Below are positions 1 to 9,345 of a stretch of DNA of 64,000 nucleotides, piece by piece; within the stretch, counting starts at the first letter, position 1, and the number at the start of each line of letters is the position of its first letter. The notes under the pieces were generated by a model. It made no database searches. It saw nothing but the letters and a program-made list of their open reading frames with translations, and was not told where the DNA came from. Source of the DNA: an uncultured Verrucomicrobia subdivision 3 bacterium (GTDB lineage: Bacteria; Verrucomicrobiota; Verrucomicrobiia; Limisphaerales; UBA11358); contig CAIKKJ010000075.1 of assembly GCA_903827955.1 (NCBI GenBank), forward strand, positions 5,147 to 69,146, read 5' to 3'. The translations under genes were made by a program, and so were the position numbers.

Positions 1-3
1 CGT

Positions 4-3000
4 TTGAGCGGACGCGTGACGGATGTGAACGGTTCACCGCTCGGCGGCGTGCTCGTGGGCAACGGACAAATTGACGCGGCAAAATTCATCGGCGGCTGGA
101 CGGACAGTGACGGCCGTTACACCATCGTCAACGTCAGCGTCACGAACAGCTTCGACTTGCTGCCGCACCAGTTCGGCTACACCTATTCTAACGCGAACTG
201 GGCGAATCCAATTTTCCCGACGAACAACACGGATGGTTTGGATTTCGTCGCGACGCCGCTGCCATTAGTGAATGTTTTTGCCGATACCAATGCCGTCGTC
301 GAAAGCGACGGCGCGGCGCACACGTTCACCGTCACGCGCACCGGCAGCGTGAGCAATGACCTGACCGTGAACCTAGTTTTGAGCGGCACGGCCACGCTGA
401 GATCAGATTATTCGCTGACGCCGACGATTGTCGCCACGAACGGCGTGACGATTCCCGCCGGGACGAACAGCGTTACGTTCACTTTTCACGTTATCAACGA
501 CTCGCTCGTCGAAGGGCCGGAAACCATTTCGCTGACGCTGCTCGACGACGACCAGAACACGAGCAATCCCAACTACGCCATCGCGCCGCTCGGCGATGCG
601 ACCGTGACCATCATTGACGACGATTCACTCGTGACGCCGACCGTGATGCTCACAACCACCACGCCGCAGATTTCCGAAAACGGCATGGATCCCGGCCAGC
701 TCATCTTCACACGCCTCGGCAGCACGGCGGGAGATTTGGCCGTGAATTATTCCGTCAGCGGCACGGCGACGGCGGGCGCGGATTATGTCACGCTGCCGGG
801 CGTGGCGGTGATTCCGACGGGGCAAAGCAGCGTGACGATTCCGCTGGTGCCGATTGATGACAAAAATTTTGAGACCAATGAAACGGTCACTGCCACCCTC
901 GCCACAAATGTCACTTACATCATCGGTTCACCGTCCGCTGCGACCATCACGATTCTCGATGATGATTTCATGACCGTGTCAGTTTATGCCACGGGCGATG
1001 CCGCCGAACCGGCGACCGTCGGAAAATTCACCGTGAAGCGGGACGGTGATTTGACCGAGGCGCTCGTAGTAAATTACAACGTCAGCGGCACAGCCAGCAA
1101 CGGCGTGGATTATTCCGCATTGAGCGGCATTGTGACAATTCCCGCCGGCGCGGCCTCGGCGGATATTTCCGTTGCGCCCATTGACGATTCGCTGTTGGAA
1201 GGCGACGAGACGGTGATGCTTTCGCTAACCAACACGGTGAACTACGATGTCGGCACACCGGGCAGCGCCACGGTTTTCATCCGCGACAGCGAGCGGCCGA
1301 CCATCACCATCAGCTCAACCAATACGCCGATCTCCGAACAAGGTGCGACGACGGGGCAATTCATCATCACGCGCAACAGTTCCGTTGGCGACCTCACCGT
1401 GTTCCTAAACATCAGCGGCACGGCCACAGCCGGCAGTGATTATGTGCCGCTCGACAATCAGGTCCTCATCCCCGACGGCGCGACTTCCGCGACGCTCGAT
1501 GTGATTCCGTTTCACGATTTGATTTTGGAGCCGATGGAAACCGTCATCGTGACGTTGCCGACAAACGCCAATTATTTCGTGTCCTCCTCGGCGAGCGCCA
1601 CGGTGGAAATTCTGGACGACGGCACAAGCACGATTCCCGGCATCGGTTTTTGTTTTGCGACTTCCGCATTTTTGGAAGGCGAATCGCCGGGCATAGCGGT
1701 GACGTTGAGCCAGACTTCCAGCGTGCCGGTGCAGGTCGGCTACCGCGTCATCGGCGGCACGGCCTCAAGCAACCGCTATTCGCTGCCGCAGGGAATTTTG
1801 ATCATTCCGTCAAACACCTGGGTCGCGTTCGTGCCGCTGAAAATCACCAACGACTCCCTCGTCGAACCGCCGCAGACCATCCGCGTCACGCTCTTCAACC
1901 CGGCGAACGCCACGCTCGACGGCATTAAAATCCACACCTACACCATCCTCGATGACGACGTATGTTCCGTGAGCGTCACCGCCACGCAGACGAACGCGGC
2001 GGAAACCGGTTTAGTCGCGGGCAACTTCCGCATCACGCGCGTCGGCTCGACCAATTCCGCGCAGCCCGTGAATTTCCAAATCACCGGCAGTGCCAGCGCG
2101 CCGACAGATTATTCGCCGCTCGGAAATTCTACGGTGATCCCGGCGGGCGCGACGTTTGTGGATCTGCCGGTCACGCCGACGGATGACAACATGATGGAAT
2201 TTCCGCAGACCGTGGTGCTGACTTTGACCAGTGCCACCAATGCAAATATCATTTCGCCCAACGTCGCCACCGTAACCATTGCAGACAACGACACGAATAA
2301 TCTGCCCGTCGTCACCGTCACTTCCACCGACCATCCCAATGCGCTCGAAGGCGGCGCGAACGGCGAGTTTTTATTCACCCGCACCGGCCCGGTGACAAAC
2401 GCGCTGACCATTTTATTTTCTGTCAGCGGCACAGCCGGCAACGGCGTGGACTACGCAGCCATCACGAACGGCGTGACGATTCCTGCCGGCCAGTCGAACG
2501 CCATTGTGAGCGTCGCCGCCGTGGACGACACTTTGGTCGAGGGCGACGAGACGGTCATCATTTCGTTGACCGAGGGTGCGGATTATCGGACTGCGTATCC
2601 GGCGTTCGCAACGGTGACGATCCAAGACAACGACCAGCGCGTGTGGATTGATGCGAGCGATTTCATCGCGTCTAAATACGCGCCGAATCTTCCCGACCCC
2701 GGCCAGTTCACGTTCTCGCGCTTCGGCACGACGAACACGCCGGTCACCATTTTCTACGCCATCAGTGGCACGGCGAGCAACGGCCTCGACTACGCCAGCA
2801 TCACCAACTTCATCGTCATCCCCGCCGGCCAACTCACCACGACGCTACCCATTTTACCGCAGCACAGCGGCATCGTCGTCGGGCCGGTGACGGTGACGCT
2901 CACGTTGCTGACGAACACCGCCTTCGTCCTCGGCGCGAAGACGAATGGCACGGTGACCATCAACGACGACATGCCGGCAGTTTCGATTTCCGCCGTGGTG

Positions 3001-5307
3001 ACAAATGTTTTGGAAGGCAGCGGCTCGAACGGCGTCTTCCGCGTCACGCGCAGCGGCGACCCAAAATATGATTTCACCGCGCTGCTCGGCGTCGGCGGTC
3101 AGGCGACGTTCGGCGTGGATTATCCGCCGTTCGCGACGAATGTTTATTTTTCCTGCGGCGTGACCTCCGTGGATTTGTTCATCACGCCGACAAACGAAGT
3201 TGTGGTGGAAGGCGATGAATCGGTGCTCGCGTTCCTGCTGCCGAGTTCAGCGTATTCCATCCTTTCGCCGAGCAACGCCGTGCTAACCATCGCCGACGCG
3301 GGCACAAATCAAACGCCACAGGTCATCATCACCAGCCCAAAAACTTACGTCGCCTTCGCCAACGGCACGAACGCCGGCTTGGTGCTGAATGCGACGATCA
3401 TTGACGACAGCACCAACGACGTGCTGAAGTGGACGAAGGTGAGCGGGCCGGACAGCTACGTTTTCGGCGACCCCACGACGAACAACACCACGGTGACCTT
3501 CACCAACTCCGGCGTTTATTTGTTGCGGCTCACCGCGGACGACGGCCAGTTGCAAGGCCACGCAGACATTCTGGTTTTCGTCAGCACGGATGTTTTGAGC
3601 GTGACGAACATTTTGCATTGGACGCTCGATGACGGCAGTGGCACGAACGTCCTCGACTCATCAACGAACGGGCGCAACGGCACGCTGGTCGGCCAGCCAG
3701 CATGGATAACGAATGGCGCCATCGCCGGCGCCTTGAATTTTCACGGCACGAATGATTGCGTGCGCCAGACCGCCGGCTCCAACACGTTGAACGGTTTGTC
3801 CGCCTTCACCGTCGCGCTGTGGATCAAACCGGCGACGAACGCGAGCCAGGGATTTTTGACGGCGGATGACGTCAGCACCAATTCTACCTTCAGTTTTTCC
3901 ACACACACTTTTGCGTCTTGCGGAAATTCCACAAACGTCATCGAGACGACCGTTTCCACCACGCAGGGCGTGTTTCACCGCAGCAGCGCCAGCGGCGCGC
4001 TCAAGCCCGGCGCGTGGTCGCACGTCACGCTGACGTGGACGAACGGCGAGGCACTGAAACTTTACATCAACGGCCAACTCGACCAACCGAACGTCGGCTT
4101 CATTGCGGGCAGCGGCGCGTTGACGAATTGCCCACAGTTCATCATCGGCAAGGGCGCGTGGGACAGCCCGGCCTCGTGGAGCGGCGGCGTTGATGATGTG
4201 CGCGTATTTGACCAGGCATTGAGCGCGTCGGAAATTCTCGCCCTCGCCGCCGGGCCGGTGACGAATCACGCGCCAGTCGTGGACGCCGGGCCGGACGTGA
4301 GCGTGCAGATGGGAATTCCCGTCACGCTCATCGGCACGGTCAGTGACGATGGCTTGCCGAATCCGCCTGCGTCCATCACCAACTGGTGGACGTATCTCGG
4401 CACGAATAATATCACGATCACCAATCCCGCGAGCCTCACGAACACCTTCGTTTTCGACACGCCGGGCGATTACGTTTTCCGCCTCACCGCATTCGACGGC
4501 GAGCTGACGAGCTTTGATGACGTGACCATCACCGTGCTGGAGCCGATTTACGTCAGCGTCAATGCCTCCATCAGCGATGCGAACGAACTTGGCCCCGTGC
4601 CCGGCGAATTCACCCTCACGCGCACCGGCGACACCAACAGCCCGCTCACCGTTTATCTCGGCCTCTCCGGCACGGCGAGCAACGCGGTGGATTATGTTGC
4701 GGTGACCAACGCCGTCACGTTCGCCGCGCTAACGAATACAGTTGTCCTGACGCTCACACCCATCCTCGACGACCGCATCGAAGGCGATGAATCAGTGATG
4801 GTCACCGTGCAGACGAACCTCGCCTATGTCATCACCGGCAGCCCGGCAACCGTGACGATTCATGATTCACCCTACGGTTTGTGGAGCATCCAGAATTTCA
4901 CGATCGAGCAGTTGACCTTTCCGAACATCAGCGGCGCGGCGGCGGATTTTGAGCACGACGGCGTGAACAATTTTTCCGAATACGCCTTCAACCACGACCC
5001 GAAAGCCGCCGACGGCAACCCGCCGTATCAATGGGGTTTTGAAACCAGCACGAATGACAACAAGCCGCATCTCACCCTGACGTGGACGCGCCGGCTGCCG
5101 CCGCGCGATGTAGAATATGGCGTGTATGTCTCGACAAACTTGTTGGACTGGAACACAGGGACAAATTATGTGCAGGAATTTTTGCACACGAACGACCCGA
5201 ACGGCATCACCGAAACCGTGAAGACCCGCGCGCTGGCGCCATTTCCGAATTCCATAAAACTGTTCATGAACATCCGCGTATGGTTACAGCAAGTTCCCGC
5301 GCCTTGA
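4..5307 (+). CDS. Large secreted/surface protein with tandem Calx-beta repeats, PKD/Ig-like and LamG domains (5' end probably outside the window)
   Basis: Repeated 'V.Y..SGTA..G.DY...G...IPAG......V.P.DD...EG.ETV' Calx-beta units; LamG-type 'LYING...G.VDDVRVFDQALS'; 'NHAPVVDAGPD' PKD-like unit; frame runs from the window edge. Confidence 0.85.
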   Translation: MSGRVTDVNGSPLGGVLVGNGQIDAAKFIGGWTDSDGRYTIVNVSVTNSFDLLPHQFGYTYSNANWANPIFPTNNTDGLDFVATPLPLVNVFADTNAVVESDGAAHTFTVTRTGSVSNDLTVNLVLSGTATLRSDYSLTPTIVATNGVTIPAGTNSVTFTFHVINDSLVEGPETISLTLLDDDQNTSNPNYAIAPLGDATVTIIDDDSLVTPTVMLTTTTPQISENGMDPGQLIFTRLGSTAGDLAVNYSVSGTATAGADYVTLPGVAVIPTGQSSVTIPLVPIDDKNFETNETVTATLATNVTYIIGSPSAATITILDDDFMTVSVYATGDAAEPATVGKFTVKRDGDLTEALVVNYNVSGTASNGVDYSALSGIVTIPAGAASADISVAPIDDSLLEGDETVMLSLTNTVNYDVGTPGSATVFIRDSERPTITISSTNTPISEQGATTGQFIITRNSSVGDLTVFLNISGTATAGSDYVPLDNQVLIPDGATSATLDVIPFHDLILEPMETVIVTLPTNANYFVSSSASATVEILDDGTSTIPGIGFCFATSAFLEGESPGIAVTLSQTSSVPVQVGYRVIGGTASSNRYSLPQGILIIPSNTWVAFVPLKITNDSLVEPPQTIRVTLFNPANATLDGIKIHTYTILDDDVCSVSVTATQTNAAETGLVAGNFRITRVGSTNSAQPVNFQITGSASAPTDYSPLGNSTVIPAGATFVDLPVTPTDDNMMEFPQTVVLTLTSATNANIISPNVATVTIADNDTNNLPVVTVTSTDHPNALEGGANGEFLFTRTGPVTNALTILFSVSGTAGNGVDYAAITNGVTIPAGQSNAIVSVAAVDDTLVEGDETVIISLTEGADYRTAYPAFATVTIQDNDQRVWIDASDFIASKYAPNLPDPGQFTFSRFGTTNTPVTIFYAISGTASNGLDYASITNFIVIPAGQLTTTLPILPQHSGIVVGPVTVTLTLLTNTAFVLGAKTNGTVTINDDMPAVSISAVVTNVLEGSGSNGVFRVTRSGDPKYDFTALLGVGGQATFGVDYPPFATNVYFSCGVTSVDLFITPTNEVVVEGDESVLAFLLPSSAYSILSPSNAVLTIADAGTNQTPQVIITSPKTYVAFANGTNAGLVLNATIIDDSTNDVLKWTKVSGPDSYVFGDPTTNNTTVTFTNSGVYLLRLTADDGQLQGHADILVFVSTDVLSVTNILHWTLDDGSGTNVLDSSTNGRNGTLVGQPAWITNGAIAGALNFHGTNDCVRQTAGSNTLNGLSAFTVALWIKPATNASQGFLTADDVSTNSTFSFSTHTFASCGNSTNVIETTVSTTQGVFHRSSASGALKPGAWSHVTLTWTNGEALKLYINGQLDQPNVGFIAGSGALTNCPQFIIGKGAWDSPASWSGGVDDVRVFDQALSASEILALAAGPVTNHAPVVDAGPDVSVQMGIPVTLIGTVSDDGLPNPPASITNWWTYLGTNNITITNPASLTNTFVFDTPGDYVFRLTAFDGELTSFDDVTITVLEPIYVSVNASISDANELGPVPGEFTLTRTGDTNSPLTVYLGLSGTASNAVDYVAVTNAVTFAALTNTVVLTLTPILDDRIEGDESVMVTVQTNLAYVITGSPATVTIHDSPYGLWSIQNFTIEQLTFPNISGAAADFEHDGVNNFSEYAFNHDPKAADGNPPYQWGFETSTNDNKPHLTLTWTRRLPPRDVEYGVYVSTNLLDWNTGTNYVQEFLHTNDPNGITETVKTRALAPFPNSIKLFMNIRVWLQQVPAP

Positions 5308-5340
5308 CGCCACGGCAACTCCAGCCAATCATCCGCGAAT

Positions 5341-5670
5341 ATGTTTCCCTACCTCGCGCTTGCAAAAGATCAACCGTGGCAGCCCGGCCCTTATGCGGGC
5401 GTCGAATTGAAAGTGCTGCACAAAAATCCCGACTCCGGCGGCGTGGTGGTGCTGCGAAAATTTTCCGCCGGCAGCACCATCCCCGCCCACACGCATCCGC
5501 TCGCAAACGAATGGGCCTACGTTCTCACCGGCGAATGGGATGAGTCCGGCATGACCTACACCAACGGCGCGCTATTCTTCGCGCCCAAGGGAATCCAGCA
5601 CGGCCCGCATGTCGCGAAGACAGAAGTCACCAGCCTCACCATTTTTGACGGCCCGTTAACCGTCGTTTGA
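5341..5670 (+). CDS. ChrR-like cupin domain protein
   Basis: Cupin motifs [14 protein letters not shown] and P.G..HGP. Confidence 0.8.
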   Translation: MFPYLALAKDQPWQPGPYAGVELKVLHKNPDSGGVVVLRKFSAGSTIPAHTHPLANEWAYVLTGEWDESGMTYTNGALFFAPKGIQHGPHVAKTEVTSLTIFDGPLTVV

Positions 5671-5728
5671 AATGGCGGCGGCCGGAGGGCCGTTGCTGAA
5701 ACTTCACGCGGTCGCTATATTCAATCCC

Positions 5729-6139
5729 ATGGGCGCATTTCCGGTCAGCCTCGAAAAAGAAAACCAGCTCGCATCACGCATGGCCGCGCTCGGCGTGCGC
5801 GAGGCGGACATCGAAGAAAGTTTTGTCCGCTCCGGCGGCCACGGCGGACAGAACGTCAATAAAGTTTCCACCTGCGTGATGCTCGTCCACCGCCCGACTG
5901 GCGTGACGGTAAAATGCCAGGAAACGCGCCAGCAGGGACTGAACCGCTACCTCGCGCGCCGGTTGTTGCTGGACAAAGTTGAAGAAAAGAAAAACGGCTT
6001 CATCGCCGCGCAACGCGCCGAGATCGAAAAAATTCGCCGTCAGAAACGTAAACGCTCCCGCCGCGCGAAAAACAAGATGCTCGCGGACAAATCCCATCAC
6101 TCGGAAAAGAAAGCCGCGCGCCGTTCGCCGGGGGAATAA
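5729..6139 (+). CDS. Codon-independent peptidyl-tRNA hydrolase / ribosome rescue factor (RF-1 domain, ArfB/C12orf65-like)
   Basis: [18 protein letters not shown] motif and a highly basic C-terminal tail; ATG at 5729 chosen as start. Confidence 0.85.
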   Translation: MGAFPVSLEKENQLASRMAALGVREADIEESFVRSGGHGGQNVNKVSTCVMLVHRPTGVTVKCQETRQQGLNRYLARRLLLDKVEEKKNGFIAAQRAEIEKIRRQKRKRSRRAKNKMLADKSHHSEKKAARRSPGE

Positions 6140-6165
6140 AAAAGGCGCGTCAATGCTGACGCGCC
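6138..6165 (-). terminator. Intrinsic terminator between the convergent RF-like gene and hpnJ
   Basis: GGCGCGTCA-atgc-TGACGCGCC hairpin preceded by an A6 run (U-tract on the minus strand). Confidence 0.7.
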
Positions 6166-6183
6166 GTGAAAGTTGAAGGGCGC

Positions 6184-7635
6184 TTATGCCGCCGCGCGGG
6201 CCGCCGCCAGATCGCTCTTGCGCTGATTCAGACTCTTAAAGAATTCGTAGCCTTCGCGGCAGCGGCGCACCATCACATCCTTGTCTTCGAGCATCGTTTT
6301 AATGATGCGCAGAATCGGCTTCGGACGCAGATAGTAGCTGCGATAAAAACGGTCCACGGCCTCGAAGATTTCTTCCTTTGAGGCTTCCGGATATTCCAGC
6401 GTGCTTTGCTGTAAGCCGTCGGCGTGCAGAATGTCGCCCTTGTCCTTCTTGACGAACCAGCCGTTGAGCTTGGCCTGTTCGTAAAGCTCCGTGCCGGGAT
6501 ACGGCGCGGCGAGCGAGACTTGCAGCGAGAAGACGTCGAGTTCCTTCGCGAAGTTGATTGTCTGCTCAATCGTTTCTTTCGTCTCGACCGGCAAACCAAG
6601 AATGAACGTTCCGTGAATCACGACGCCAGCCTGATGGCAGGACTTGGTAAAGCGACGCATCTCATCGGTGGTCACGCCTTTTTTGATGCGTGTGAGGGTT
6701 TCGTCATTGCCACTTTCGTAACCGACGAGAAACAGGCGCAGGCCGTTGTCTTTGAAACTTTTGATTGTATCGTAATCGAGATTCGCGCGGCTGTTACAGC
6801 TCCAATCCACACCGAGCGGGCCGAGTTTCTTGGCGATTTCGCGCGCGCGCGGGAGATTCGCGGTGAAGGTGTCGTCGTCGAAGAAAAATTCGCGCACCTG
6901 CGGGAAAATTTTCTTCATGTAGGCCATCTCGTCCGCGACGTTCTGCGGCGAACGCACGCGATATTTGTGTCCGCCAATCGTCTGCGGCCAGAGACAGAAA
7001 CTGCACTGCGCCGGACAACCGCGACCGGTATACATCGAGACGTAAGGATGCTGGAGGTAGCCGATGAAATATTTTTCGATCTCCAGATCGCGCTTGTAAA
7101 CGTCCGCGACCCACGGCAGCACATCCATGTCCGCGATCATTTCGCGTTCGGGATTGTGGATGATCTTGCCGTCCTTGTTTTTGTAGGAGAGGCCGCTGAT
7201 GGTCGAGAGGTCGCGGTCTTCGGCGACTTCCTTGCAGGTGTAATCGAATTCCTTGCGGCCGACCCAATCAATCGCCGGAGAAGCTTTCAACGTTTCCGTC
7301 GGGAGAACCATCGTGTGCGCACCGATGAAACCGATTTTCGTGTCGGGCTTCTGCGCCTTGATGGCTTCGGCCACCTTGCAGTCGTTCTTCAGCGACGGCG
7401 TCGAAGTATTGATGATGACGTGGTCAAAGTTCTTCGCCTCGGCGAGACATTTGGCGAGGTCGATGTTGTGTGGAGCACAATCCATCAGCTTGGAATTCGG
7501 CGTGAGCGCAGCGGGTTGCGCGAGCCACGTTGGATACCAATAGCTGGTGACTTCGCGCCGCGCCTGATACCGCGCGCCGGCGCCGCCGTCAAAGCCGTCG
7601 AAACTCGGAGGTGAAAGATAAAGGGTTCTGCTCAT
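6184..7635 (-). CDS. hpnJ: Hopanoid biosynthesis-associated radical SAM protein HpnJ
   Basis: N-terminal PPSFDGFDGGAGARYQARRE signature; GRGCPAQCSFC radical SAM motif; adjacent to hpnH. Confidence 0.9.
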   Translation of the reverse strand: MSRTLYLSPPSFDGFDGGAGARYQARREVTSYWYPTWLAQPAALTPNSKLMDCAPHNIDLAKCLAEAKNFDHVIINTSTPSLKNDCKVAEAIKAQKPDTKIGFIGAHTMVLPTETLKASPAIDWVGRKEFDYTCKEVAEDRDLSTISGLSYKNKDGKIIHNPEREMIADMDVLPWVADVYKRDLEIEKYFIGYLQHPYVSMYTGRGCPAQCSFCLWPQTIGGHKYRVRSPQNVADEMAYMKKIFPQVREFFFDDDTFTANLPRAREIAKKLGPLGVDWSCNSRANLDYDTIKSFKDNGLRLFLVGYESGNDETLTRIKKGVTTDEMRRFTKSCHQAGVVIHGTFILGLPVETKETIEQTINFAKELDVFSLQVSLAAPYPGTELYEQAKLNGWFVKKDKGDILHADGLQQSTLEYPEASKEEIFEAVDRFYRSYYLRPKPILRIIKTMLEDKDVMVRRCREGYEFFKSLNQRKSDLAAARAAA

Positions 7636-7647
7636 TTAAAATGGTGG

Positions 7648-9084
7648 TTATTCGGCTTTCTTGTTGGCGGAAATTTTGGCGAGCAACTCATCGCGTTCGC
7701 TGGTGTCGCTCGTGCCGCAATGGCTGCCGACGTGCGCTTCGTGATTGTGATTGGTTTCTTCTTTGCGCGAGAACGCGGCTTGCGCGCCATTCATGGCGGC
7801 GCGGGGGGAATTCAGCACGGCCTTCGCTTCGGCAAGATGGCCTTTGCCAATGGTGACGCCGTTGAAGGCGGTTTTGACCAGTTCGGATGAAGCCGGATAC
7901 GGCTTGGGTTTCGAGCCGAAGTTGTAGGCGAAATTTTTCCAGTTGTCGCCGCGCTGGTAATTCGTGCCGAGCGCGCCGCTGGGATCGTAGCCGCAATGCA
8001 CCATGCAATTTTCACAACGCGGATCGCGCGCCACGCCGTCCACCACGCCGTATTTGTCCCACGTTACTTTCGTGAGCATTTCCGTGTAGCCGTCATAATG
8101 ACCGTCGGTCATCAGATAGCACGGAGCTTTCCAGCCCTTGACGTTGTAAGTCGGAATCGCCCAGGCGGTGCAGGTCAACTCACGTTTGCCCGCGAGAAAT
8201 TCCTGATACACCGGTGTGCCAAAGATGGTGAACATCTTGCCCCACTCCTCGATCTTGGCGAATTTCTGGCGCGTCATTTTGCGGGTCAGGAAAAAATCTT
8301 CCGGCTGTTTGCCGAGGCGCGAAACCATGTCCTTCTTGGCGGCATCGTATTCGTAACCGGGCGAAATCGTGTGGCCGTCCACTTCGAGTGAACTCAGATA
8401 CTTGAACATGTCTTCGAGTTCCTTCACGTCGGTTTCTTTATAGACCGTCGTGTTGGTCGCGACTTGGTAGCCGCAAATCTTCGCCATCTTGATGGCCTCG
8501 ACACATTCTTTGAACACGCCCTCGCGTTCGACGATCAAGTCATGCGTGAATTCCAGACCGTCCACGTGAACGTTCCAATACATCCATTTCGTCGGACGGA
8601 TGACAACTTTCTTGCGCGCTGCGTCGTTGGCGTTGCGGATGGCGTCGGCTTCCTTTTCGGAAATCAATTTTTCCGCAACGAGCTTTTTAAGCGTCGGCTC
8701 GGTTTCCGCCGTGTAAATCGCGGCAAGGTAATCGCGCATTTTTTTGCGCATGAACACGCCGTTGGTGCAGACGTAAATCACGCGGCCCTGTTCCAGTAAA
8801 CCGGCGATGAGTTCCTCAATCTTCGGATAAATCAGCGGCTCGCCGCCGCAAATGGAAACCATCGGCGCATCGCATTCCATCGCCACCGCGAGACATTTTT
8901 CCAACGGCACCATATCCTTGAGGTTCGTGGAATACTCGCGGATGCGCCCACAGCCGGTGCAGGTGAGGTTGCAGGTGTGGAGCGGTTCGAGCTGCAAGAC
9001 CATCGCGAATTTCGGCGTCTTGCGGACTTTATGTTTGACGATGTGGCTGGCGATTTTCATCGTCAGCGCGAGTGGGAAGCGCAT
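7648..9084 (-). CDS. hpnH: Adenosyl-hopene transferase HpnH (radical SAM, DUF3463)
   Basis: LEPLHTCNLTCTGCGRI motif; GGEPL; C-terminal CTAW..P...GW..PCYL and DPRCENCMVHCGY. Confidence 0.88.
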   Translation of the reverse strand: MRFPLALTMKIASHIVKHKVRKTPKFAMVLQLEPLHTCNLTCTGCGRIREYSTNLKDMVPLEKCLAVAMECDAPMVSICGGEPLIYPKIEELIAGLLEQGRVIYVCTNGVFMRKKMRDYLAAIYTAETEPTLKKLVAEKLISEKEADAIRNANDAARKKVVIRPTKWMYWNVHVDGLEFTHDLIVEREGVFKECVEAIKMAKICGYQVATNTTVYKETDVKELEDMFKYLSSLEVDGHTISPGYEYDAAKKDMVSRLGKQPEDFFLTRKMTRQKFAKIEEWGKMFTIFGTPVYQEFLAGKRELTCTAWAIPTYNVKGWKAPCYLMTDGHYDGYTEMLTKVTWDKYGVVDGVARDPRCENCMVHCGYDPSGALGTNYQRGDNWKNFAYNFGSKPKPYPASSELVKTAFNGVTIGKGHLAEAKAVLNSPRAAMNGAQAAFSRKEETNHNHEAHVGSHCGTSDTSERDELLAKISANKKAE

Positions 9085-9089
9085 AAAAA

Positions 9090-9293
9090 TTAACGAACGG
9101 AGGCGATTTCGTTGGCGGAAGTTTCAATCAGCACAAACGGTGCGCTGTTCGTGCAAGGCGGGCAGGCCTTCAACAGTCCCGGCAGGAAGAAGCTCGCCGG
9201 TGACACGCTCTGACTGGCATTGATGCCGCCGCAGCCCGCGCCCAAAAGCGCGACCGCCGGCAGCATTGCCATGAATTTCCAACTTAATCTCAC
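9090..9293 (-). CDS. Small putative lipoprotein upstream of hpnH
   Basis: GTG start gives MRLSWKFMAMLPAVALLGAGC (signal peptide with Cys; alternative ATG at 9272); ends 5 nt before the hpnH start. Confidence 0.55.
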   Translation of the reverse strand: MRLSWKFMAMLPAVALLGAGCGGINASQSVSPASFFLPGLLKACPPCTNSAPFVLIETSANEIASVR

Positions 9294-9345
9294 TTGCCGA
9301 GTATAAAACACTCCGCCACGATGGCAACTTCTAATTGACCGGATC

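Noticed and set aside
4-5307. Canonical N-X-S/T sequons in the surface protein
   Set aside because: About 30 by rough count, close to what the high Asn/Ser/Thr content predicts. Only the T-N order bias stands out.
6424-7614. Long antisense or alternative-frame ORFs (also 12215-13591, 19101-20093, 24066-25073, 49705-50568 and many shorter ones)
   Set aside because: They shadow well-supported genes on the other strand, have no recognisable motifs and are expected in GC-rich DNA.
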